DNA from: the human T2T-CHM13v2.0 reference genome, Homo sapiens
DNA: 64,000 nucleotides
Strand: one strand, 5' to 3'
Assembly (NCBI RefSeq): GCF_009914755.1
Contig: NC_060937.1
Positions 54,006-64,000 of this stretch are shown here, piece by piece. Below the pieces are notes generated by a model. The model ran no database searches, was not told the origin of the DNA, and was given only the letters and a program-made list of their open reading frames with translations. Made by a program: the position numbers and the translations under genes. Each line of letters starts with the position of its first letter. Position 1 is the stretch's first letter.

Positions 54006-56799
54006 TAACTAAAGTGTCTTTAAGTGTGGGAGGAAATATAACTAAATGGCAATACAACTTCTAAACAGGTCAACTGTACATAGAATTTATTAATCAGGTT
54101 TTTTTTTTCTTAGAGCTGTTTATTATTTGTTTTAGTCTGCCCTTAAAAAATAATTCTAGTTAGTATTAATCAAAGTTTCATCAATACAGGTCTAATAAAT
54201 GATTTGAACATGAAAATATCACAGAGACAAAACTTCTCAAAATAATGAATTCCTTTTAAACTGCCTCTGCAATATAATATGTTGTGAACAGTCAGGCACA
54301 TATAAGGCTGTTGATTCATACAGGATAGTTAAAAGAATGAACAATTTCATTGATAAACACTATGCATATTTTCTCATAAAAATGGAAATTGAGATTATTC
54401 ACCTATTTTACCTTAGGGATTTTAAGAAACAGAGATGTAATAAATGTTATTATAATTACACATTTTGTACTGCATATTTCTTAAAGACAATGGAGAATCT
54501 TACTCAACTGAAAAATGTGGCAGGTACTATCCATTTCATTGGTTATTTAATCTGATATAAAAAATGTACACTTCAATAGGGTGCTGTAAAGTTTAAAAGT
54601 TTGTTAATATTTCTCTCACAAGAGCCATTAAACTTTAAAAATTATAGTCAAGTAATTAAAAAACTATTAATATTTGATTTATTAAATGTTTTTTATATAG
54701 CATTGCAGAACAACTGAGAATAACAAAAAATCTTGGCATATAACAATTTCTTACAGTTTTCTCTTTATTTTATTATTTTCCCAATTATTTCAGAGCAAGA
54801 GGTGTTTTGCTAGTTAAATAGGGTGACAGTGGGGTCAGCAGCACTCTAATACTATTAATACATTATTTTAAGGGAACATTTTTCTCCCAAATTGAACCAG
54901 GTATTTAGGAACTCTAACGGAATCACCTTTAACTTGGCAGTCAAGTAATAAAGCACAGAAGACATTACTAATTTAAAACCATACTTCTAGAATTTGAGTT
55001 ATTAAATTGAAGTATGTCGGTTTACAAATAGAATCAACTCTGACTACACACAGTGTCAAGGTTGAATTTCATTCCTATGAAAAAAAATTGGTGTAATTAA
55101 TTATGATGTCAGCCTCTCTAGAGGGGGCATCCTGTCCCTAGAGGTATACAACTAATGTGTGCTGTTTGCAGCCCTAGGCCATAAAACAAGTATTCTTTTT
55201 CTTTTCTCTGCTTTCTATAAACATGCAATTCCAAATACAGTAAATGGTCTGATTAAAAGCTATCACATGCAGAGATGGTGTGTGCATTGCTACTGAGACA
55301 GCCAGTAAAGTAACCACCAGGTCAAAAGATAACATTTAAGAGCTAAATTAAACCAGTTATCCCTTTCGACTCCCTCTAATTTCAAATACAATTATGTACT
55401 ATTCTGGACACCAAAGCCTTAATGCTCCTCACCAGGCACTTAATGCCACTCCTGAGCATCCAGTAGAGACCACCTAACTCCACCAATCGCCCCAGCAGAG
55501 CTCCTGCAGCAACACTATGAAATCACAAAACCACTTGTTCACTGAAGCACTCCCCTTCTTTTGGCTGTCTTCAGTACCAGGGCAGCAGGTTTTGTTTTAT
55601 TTTCCCTTTCCTCTCCATTACTCTAGGGTGTTTTGAATTTCATTACAATAATGATTCATTTCATATGCATATTGCAAAAAGGTTTAGAGACTGCTCAGTG
55701 CAGAAATGGGTGGATAACGTTACAGAAAATTTGACCCGTGAGAAGGAACTGCCATCTATATTCCTTTGCTTAGTAAACTATTTTAAACAGCATCTAAAAA
55801 TGTGTAGCGTAACTATGCTGGCTTATGGAATAATCCACAGAATATGAAGTTGCTTTCCAACTGACTGAGACAGACATGCTGTTAAGTGATCTGTGTGATT
55901 TGCTCGGTGTAATAACCAGTTGTCTCTGGCTCACTGGGTGCCAGGGGCTACTAGAACAACTCAGCCTTGAGCTTGACAGGGACTGCTGAGTGATCACACA
56001 TGATTTTGCTACAAGCAGCCATTTGCCTGGTTAAAATCAATAAAATCCTGCTGTAATAGCAGCATTCGGATATGTGACTCTACTGTTTTCATTGAGAAGT
56101 CTTACTATTTAATTTACTCATACACATCTAATTCTCTCTTGCTCTTCCCCTAGCAGGATGTCACAGTTTACTACATTGTGTTTTGGACAAACACTCTCAA
56201 ATAATTCAGCTGTAAACTCATCCCTGGGTTAGCAGCCTTTCCAAGGTTTTGTTTACTGAATCACCAATAATTAGATCATAAGAGTGTATTTCCACAGTCA
56301 CACACATGTGAGGAGAAGAGGAGACTGGTCATTTGGCATAAACAATGAGAAAATAATACCTTTCAAGACACTTTGCATGACTCCTAAATTGCTTAACTTT
56401 TAAGAATAAATTTTAAATTATTTTAACAAAGTTTCTTGGTTGAGATAGAGAGGAAGATTGTAAAGGGAACATAGTTTCACAAGCACTGTAAGAGATTGCA
56501 GAATTGCAAGAGAAGCAGGGTCAATAAACAAACAAATTAATAGGTAAAAATAAATAAACAGCAAGCCTCTTTTGCCCAATTACTGTTCAAAGGAATTTGT
56601 TGTTAACTAATTGGAATTAGTCCTGGAAGAGTTAAGTTAGTTCTTATCATAGCTCTTATACTTTTCCTATATAAAAATTACTTATTTCATTTTCTGCAAA
56701 TTTTGGGATATAAATGACACATCCCAACATTTTCAAGAAGAGTAAGAAGAGCAATTTCAAGGCTAGACAGTTTGTGGGGTTTTTTTATACTTCTTATAG

Positions 56800-56922
56800 G
56801 AGGGGGACTATATATAATTCTTTAATTTCAAACACGTTTGAGAGTGAAAGGGAGTGTTATTCATAATTACGTGAAGACAGTCAATACAGTTCTGGACAAA
56901 TTGGGAATATATAGTCAACCAG
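56800..56922 (+). mobile_element. MER81-like (hAT-Blackjack) MITE
   Basis: AGGGGGACTATA...TTTGAGAGTGAAAGGGAGTGTTATTCATAATTACG...GGACAAATTGGGAATATATAGTCAACC. Confidence 0.7.
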
Positions 56923-58569
56923 GCAATGTTTCTCAAGGTTCTAAGGACATTGGCTAAGCTTACTAACCACAGGAGATCCATGGAAGGGGTAGTTTGGTAG
57001 GAAGATAAGAATGTATCCTATTCTACCACCTCCCTTATCTTGGCAGATAGTTAATAAATATGTTTCATCCATTATTTACTTATGTTCCTTAGGACTTTCA
57101 AATGCTTCATTCCATGATACTGTACAGAGCCAACTTTGTTCAATGTTACATAAAGTAAATAGTTTGAAAAATTCAATTTTGCAGTGTTTCCTAAAGTGTG
57201 GATACAACAGAAATCCTACAGGACATGTAGCAGATCTCTAGAGATATTGTTGAGTCCTAATTATCAAACAAGGGAACTAATTCTGCAGTCAAACGTATTC
57301 AGGATACTTAGTAGCACAAGTCCTAATGCAATAATTCAGGGATGGTGCACATTTTAGAGAATCCAGAAGTGACAACAGTGTATCCACAGAATATTTCAAT
57401 AAAGATGCAACTTGAAAACTAAAATAGGTAAAAATAAAATTGCATGTTAATCTAGAAAATTAGAAATATGGATTTTCTCACTGGGAGGAGGTGAGTGGTG
57501 ATATACTTTAATCCCCTTATGTTGCACAGGATGGACATCAGGTTCACTGACGTTAAATAACAGACACAAAGACACCCAACCAGGTACTTGTCCACTGGGA
57601 CTGTAACATAACTTTGCCTCCATTTCGTATCTTATGAAAGAAAAAAATAGAATTGTTGATATAGAACATAGAAATATTCCAATTCCGTCCTATGTCCTCA
57701 TATCAAGATGATACTATTTCTTTCTTATTTATTTTGCTACAGTATTTTTATCCACTCTGGATACAATGCAATCACATTTGAGGTTTGGCAGACTGCCCTT
57801 TTGGCTTAGCAGAGTTGATAAAAGGTTGCCAAATACCACAGTAGTTCATATTTATTTTCTGTTTTATGACTTTTTTTCCCCAAAACCCTCTGTGCTTTTA
57901 CTCAGTAAACCATCAATCAACTCTAGAAAAAAAACATTACTTCTTCTGTGGGTTGCCAATGTGACTCTAGCTGCAAACAGCATGACTTTTATGCACACAA
58001 AATATATATATTTTTAATAGTTCTAATCCAGGGGGGAAATATCACATTTTAGAAACCTTATGTATATATGTGTTTGTGTGAATAGATCTACATCTCTCTG
58101 TACATATTCATAAATATGTGTTTATGAATGTGTAAACCTTCCAGCTAAAAATATGTCAAAACTTATTTTATATCCCAAATATGTTTAAAATTTGATTTAA
58201 TTTTTTTCTTTTTTGAGACTTGGCATTGGGAGTGATTCAGTGTTACCAGAAAACCAACAATTTGGAGCTCTGGTAATAAATACAGAATAGCCCCAGGTGG
58301 TATAATCTAATGTTGACTAATTCATGGATTGGAAGATATTTGAATATATACAATCATCTCTTGCTGCAGAGTTAGGTTTCCAAGCCAGTATCCCATGTGA
58401 AATAGACTATTGGTTACTATGTTGGAACAGGCCCATCTGCTGAACATTTGTGCCCAGTGTAGTCTTGGCTATGTATGATTACCTTTGTCATTGTTGTTAT
58501 GGAAGCAAAGAGCTAGACACCAACTCTACAGTTTCTACAGCCCACACATACTCACCAACATAATTAAGG

Positions 58570-58790
58570 AGCTAGTATAACGATTAGCAGCATCGTTTCT
58601 GGGTTTGTAGTTTGGATCTGCTGTGTACAAATTCTTGCTTACTTTAAGTGAAGCACTTTATCTCTCTAAGTTCGGTATGTAAAATTGGGATAATAATATT
58701 TCCCCTACTGTGCTGTAGTTAATGAGTCAAGGAAGTACGGTGCTTAGCACAGCACCTGCAGGCAAGCATTCATCAACCAATTCATTTAAT
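58570..58790 (+). mobile_element. MIR
   Basis: TTCGGTATGTAAAATTGGGATAATAAT...GTGCTTAGCACAGCACCTGCA. Confidence 0.7.
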
Positions 58791-59414
58791 TTTCAAACAT
58801 TGGCAACTAGTATATGCATAATAAATAGTAGCAATTGTTTTGCACTTTTCAAACGGAAAACAGGGCCATTTGTATCCATTTATGATAAAGAATTGTTTTT
58901 AATTCTGTCTCTCATCACACTTCCCCTTCTACCCCTATTATGTAAATAACTGAATTTGGGAATGATCATAGCAGGCACTTTACTGCTACTTTTTCCTAAA
59001 AAATGTAGATATAAGCTCCACTAACATTCTCAAAACTCAAGTTTCATTCATAATTGAATGCCAGATTTACAGTGTTTTTTACAGAATGAAATTAGACAAT
59101 CTTCAACCATCTTACTCCTATAATGAGAAATACCAATACAAATATACTACAACTTACAGGATTACTTAATATCATAAGCTTAAAAGCTACAGTTTTGTCA
59201 CTCCACCACCATTCCTTTCCTTCACCTAAAACATACATCATTCCAGCCTACAGATTCCCAAACATATATTATTATCATGCTTGAAAGATTAAATGATTAC
59301 CAAATAGCTGGATTTGTGCAACACTATTATACTATTTTTCAAATTCTTCAAACTGAAAAATTTGAAATAATCAAACTCCGGTCCATCTCCTTGTTTAAAT
59401 AAAAACAAATATTA

Positions 59415-59640
59415 TGGGGTGTTATATAAGAACTTGCAGCTGGGATCAGAAAAGTTTCTAGCCCATTTTTGTTCTTCAAAAGATGTATAAGTTCCTTAAC
59501 TTCTCTGGCTTCAGTTTCCTAATCTGAAATGGGAATAACTACTGTTTTAATGAGCTTTAAGTGAGATAATTTATATAAAGATGTTTACACAATGCACAGC
59601 ATAAAAAACACTAAATAAGTATTTGTTATCTTATTAATAT
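59415..59640 (+). mobile_element. MIR
   Basis: AAGTTCCTTAACTTCTCTGGCTTCAGTTTCCTAATCTGAAATGGGAATAA...TTAAGTGAGATAAT. Confidence 0.75.
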
Positions 59641-60719
59641 AATTTTTGAATATTTTCAAATGTATAAAATATTAGACAAAGGCATGTATTATGTTTCTGT
59701 TAATAATATATGTCAGGCCCTTAGAATTTTTAATCCTTTGTGTTATATAAAGTACAATGTCTTAATTGATAAATATTAAACTTATCGACCTTTCTTTACT
59801 TTGCAGAGGTGTTCATAATTATAAGAAGTTTATGAACTTTCATGAACTCATGGATGGTAAAATCTAAAGAAGTCAGATATACAGCATTTCAGTATTTTCT
59901 ATTTTCTCAATGCATCCTCAGAGGGCTGGGTGGTTGAGTGTTATGGGGGTAGATGGAGGAGAGTTTGGCAGTCATTGCTCTAACAAACCAGACCAGGGGA
60001 CAGGTCATCTGTGCTTAGGAGTGTTTGGAGGTAGTTTCCCCTTCAATTTGCATCTGGATTTAGGCAAGTGACCATACCTGAAGGAAAACCTAGACATTAC
60101 TATCTAATAACAAAAAATATGTAGAGCAATCATAGTCCATAAGTCCATTTTATGGAGCAAAGTCAATCTCTGCAGTTATGAGGAAAGAAATGTATTTGGG
60201 TAGTTTGATTTCTTTCTGTTATTGAAGGAAAGTAGGGCTGCTGACACTTAATTTTAATTATTTTCTGAGTTTGATACTATATCCTCAATAAACTATAAAG
60301 CAACATAGACCAGATAAAAGGTTTATAAAAATTATGGTCCATAAAAAAAGATATAGGCAATATGGGTTTACTATTTATAACAAATACAAGATATATATTT
60401 TTTACATTTACGATAATATCTTTAAAAATAATTACATAGTAATAGGGCAACTTGTTCCCAAATTATTTCACTGCTAAAGTAAAACAAAACAAAACAAAAA
60501 AACAGAATTAGCACACCGTTAACAGATTTGAGGACGTGTAAACCAGTTCTTCATAGTTGCCTGGTAAGTCCTTCAAATCCCAGATGATTGCATTCAATTT
60601 TCTTGAAAATATTTATATTCCTGCTTCCCTGTAAAGCACTAGTAGGCTAATTGATCACAGGAGTGAAATATGCTAGAGAATGCATATTTATAAATTGTAG
60701 TTTATTCATTAATACTATT

Positions 60720-60892
60720 AGTCATTGTTACTTAATGTGCAGACCCTAACCCAGTTGCCGCATCAGAACCCAGAAGCTTATGAGTAATGCAGTATTTCAG
60801 GCCTTACCCACGATTACTAAAAGCAGATCTGCATCTTAACAAGATTTCCAGGAGATTTGTATGTACATTATATTTTGAGAAGCCCCACTAAA
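60720..60892. mobile_element. MER5A/MER5A1 (hAT-Charlie)
   Basis: AATGCAGTATTTCAGGCCTTACCC...ATCTGCATCTTAACAAGATTTCCAGGAGATTTGTATGTACATTATATTTTGAGAAGC. Confidence 0.75.
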
Positions 60893-60927
60893 GGTATTCT
60901 TGTGATTTAAAATTTTTTAAATACATT

Positions 60928-61221
60928 CTTGTTTGTTTTGAGACGGAGTCTTGCTCTGTCACCCACGCTGGAGTGCGGTGGCGCTATCTCGGCTCACTGC
61001 AAGCTCCGCCTCCCAGGTTCACGCCATTCTCCTGCCTCAGCCTCCTGAGTAGCTGGGACTACAGGCCCCCGCCACCACGCTCGACTAATTTTTTGTATTG
61101 TTTAGTAGAGACGGGGTTTCACCGTGTTAGCCAGGATGGTCTTGATCTCCTGACCTCGTGATCCACCCGTCTCGGCCTCCCAAAGTGCTGGGATTACAGG
61201 CATGAGCCACCGCGCCAGGCC
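60928..61221 (-). mobile_element. AluY
   Basis: GCAAGCTCCGCC, TTCACGCCATTC and CCTGACCTCGTGATCC diagnostics; TSD TTTTAAATACATT at 60915-60927 and 61222-61234. Confidence 0.96.
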
Positions 61222-61669
61222 TTTTAAATACATTTTTAATAGAAGAGTACCTTGAGGCTAGGTATAAAAATTACCGTGTATACAATATATTGAATATGTC
61301 TTACCTTTTATAGAAAATTTTGTTTAAATTAATATGACAAAACAGGCAAAATGACAAAGATCACACAATCTTCATGGAGTTTGTGGAATCCATTTTTTTA
61401 AAAGTCTACTCTGCAATATATAACATTGCTTAAATTATTACCAAATCTGTAGTCAAAGTACGAAAAAATCAAAACATTCTAGAGATAAACTAAATATGGT
61501 AGCAGGGCTTTCTCTCCCTATGGCTTGGATAAATTGCTGCTTAGAATCATCATCAAGACTACTTTTGTGTGTGTATACGCAGCAATGGTGCATGATTATA
61601 ACAGTTTAGTATCTACATGTAGAGACTTTCAGGTCACTGGTTTCTAATTTCAGTGCATTCCTTTGTTTA

Positions 61670-61795
61670 ATGTCTTGCTCTGTTTACAGACTCTTGAAAG
61701 CAGGGACTGTGTTTCATTAGCTTTTGTAATTCCAGCAATAGCTTTAGTACTTGGCAAAAAAAAAGAGGGTGCTTAATGAATATTTATTGAAGGTA
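61670..61795 (+). mobile_element. L2 3' end
   Basis: CTCTTGAAAGCAGGGACTGTGTTTCATT...GTGCTTAATGAATATTTATTGAA. Confidence 0.65.
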
Positions 61796-62324
61796 ACTGA
61801 AAACACATTTAACAAAGTGATCAACATAGGATCAAAAGCCTTTTTAAATTTTATAAGAATATTCCATATATTGTCCTTGTCCTTAGTGGCTAAAGAAAGC
61901 AACATTTAAAAATAATACTAACTCCAGTATTGAAAAATACACAAGACCCAGCAATAAAACAGGTACATGAAATGCTCAGAGAAAAAAAATTAAACATAGA
62001 GGAGAATATATGGGGAAAATGTTCACCAAAATGACTGTATGTTTGTGGAATTATACTTTATTTGCTATGTTTCTTACTATCATAAAACCATGTGGACATA
62101 ATCCATTGAGCATTCATATTTTATAATCATTGTATATTAGCCTTTTTTCTGTTAACTTAAAAATACTTTTAAGCATAGGGCTTAGAATCCTTTTTTATGA
62201 ATTTAATATCCTTTTTGAAAGCAGAGTGTTAGTATAAATACAGAATTTTTTTTAATTTAAAGTGGCTTCTACATGATATTTTTAATAATTGGCTAATCAA
62301 AAGCAATCAATAGGGAAGGTTTTG

Positions 62325-62540
62325 AGCCTTACAGTTCAAAAGATTGACTGGAATTTAAATTCAGCCATCTCATTTATTAGTTATGAGACAATGGATACAT
62401 CATTTAAGTTCTCAGATTCCCAGTTTCCTCATCTATTGAAAATTAGATAAAAATATAGAGCTTATAATATTCTTGGGAATATAATAAATGTAAAGTACTG
62501 GGAGCAGGTAGTTACTCAATATTAGCTATTAATATTGCTT
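62325..62540 (+). mobile_element. MIR
   Basis: CATTTAAGTTCTCAGATTCCCAGTTTCCTCATCTATTGAAA...TAAATGTAAAGTACT. Confidence 0.7.
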
Positions 62541-63537
62541 ATGCTACTTTATATATACAACAGTGAGCACCTAAGTATATGATGAAACATTCTTATATTA
62601 AACTTCTATCCCTAGTATTCTTTATTTTTATCACTCTTCTTAAGAGAGCTTATATTATGCTGCAAAATTTCTATCCAAAAAACACCAGAGATGTAAAGAA
62701 TCTTATAACTACTAGAGAGCAAAATATTTTCCAGTAACAACTATAATTTTGGTGAAATATTTCAAGCTTAAGAAAAAGATGTATTAATTATTAGAAGCTG
62801 AATGTGTGTGTACATATATATATAATATATATAGTGTTTCAACACAAGATATATGTTGCTATCTTCTTTTATGGATGAAGAAACTGAAAAAATACAAAAT
62901 TCCCTTTACCTAATATTAATATGATTATTTCATGATATTCATCACTGGTAATTGTCTTAACACTGATAATTACATTGAACCTTTTCTTTTAAAAGATTGA
63001 AAATTTATTGTAGTTTCATTGAACATTATTTTAGCACAGGCATATTTGGGTCAAAAATAAATCATGCCTATTAAAAATTTTTCCTCAAATTTGTTTACAA
63101 ATATAATTTTAATTCAGTAAAAAAATTGTTAAAACTGTAAATACCAAGATATTAAGAATGCTGATTTCAATTATTAATTCACAGCCTCTTGAGTCTCGTA
63201 TTGACCAAAGAGAAAAACAAGTGGAAAGAGATATTCTTGCTTGCTATTTTAAAAGGAAATTCTAATTGGCACATGGCCCAAAACCGCTGGATTAACAATT
63301 CTGCTATTAAGGCCCTTGTGGTCCTATATTAAGCACCTTCCTGTGCACCAGGTATATGATTGTCAAAGATTTTGTAATCATGAAGGGAATAAGTAGTAAA
63401 AATGTTTTACGCATAATACTCCCATTCAGCTTCCATAATAATGCTATTTTTCCTATGCTTAAAATGTTACACCAAATCCTAATAGTTGCTACTTGGAAAA
63501 AGTTTTGCTCACTGGCAGTCAATTTCAAGTTTGATTC

Positions 63538-63817
63538 ATTCCTCCCTCCCTCCCTCCCTCCCTTTCTTCCTTCCTACCTGTCTGCCTGCCTAACCTGCCT
63601 TCCTGCCTGCCTAACCTGCCTTCCTGCCTGCCTAACCTGCCTTCCTGCCTGCCTGTCTGCCTTCTTTCCATCTGCCTACCTTCTTCACCTTTCTTTCTTT
63701 CTCTTTCTCTCCTTCCTTCCTTCCTTTCTTTCTCTTTCTTTCTCTCTCTCTCTCTCTCTTTTCCTTCTCTTTCTCTCCTTCTTTCCTTCTTCCTTTCTTC
63801 CTTTCTTTCTTTTCCTT
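63538..63817. repeat. Pyrimidine-rich low-complexity block with an internal 21-bp minisatellite
   Basis: (CCCT)n, then (CTGCCTGCCTAACCTGCCTTC) x3.5 at 63582-63654, then (TTTC/TTCC/TC)n. Confidence 0.93.
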
Positions 63818-63898
63818 GGTTACAAAGTTTTTGACCCAAAATATCTTCACAAGCCTAGCTAAAGTAAGTAGTAAAGTATAATTAAATATATTTTAAAA

Positions 63899-64000
63899 TT
63901 TTTATTTATTTTCCTGTAAGTTATTGGGTTACACACAGTATTTGTTTATGTGAGGAAGTTGTTTAGTGGTGATTTGTGAGATTTTGCTGCACCCACCACC
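63899..64000 (-). mobile_element. L1PB1-like 3' end, running off the window
   Basis: TAAGTTATTGGG...TTTAGTGGTGATTTGTGAGATTTTGCTGCACCCACCACC. Confidence 0.8.

Noticed and set aside
53305-59810. Splice-acceptor-like tracts at ~53310-53338 and ~59788-59806
   Set aside because: No convincing downstream reading frame or donor site; such tracts are common in T-rich DNA.
63356-63862. 168-aa ORF and antisense E/R/K/G-rich ORFs
   Set aside because: They stay open only because low-complexity pyrimidine repeats lack stop codons.

Overview
AT-rich, CpG-poor primate (human-like) genomic DNA that is intergenic or deep intronic. I found no host protein-coding exon, tRNA, rRNA gene or CRISPR array. The window is dominated by transposon fossils: 10 dimeric Alus, 2 FAM monomers, a 2.2-kb 5'-truncated L1PA3-like insertion with a 20-bp TSD (the only long real ORFs, broken ORF2p), several old L1 fragments including a ~4.3-kb minus-strand L1M split by a solo MER11 (HML-8) LTR, THE1D, MST, MLT1, LTR16 and LTR33 LTRs, DNA transposons (MER3, MER33, MER5A, MER81, Tigger2a, Tigger4a, MADE1) and many MIR/L2 relics. 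Nearly all ORF-track entries are repeat-derived or chance. The most unusual signals are: (1) a ~370-bp insert at 16.9-17.3 kb, flanked by a TSD and ending in AATAAA plus an A-tail, that resembles the pyrimidine-rich human rDNA intergenic spacer and may be an L1-made retrocopy of a polyadenylated IGS transcript; (2) a MADE1 MITE expanded from 80 to 283 bp by an inverted internal copy and patchwork filler; (3) several small fold-back or template-switch scars. Family and subfamily names come from recalled consensus sequences rather than a search, and boundaries of old elements are approximate.
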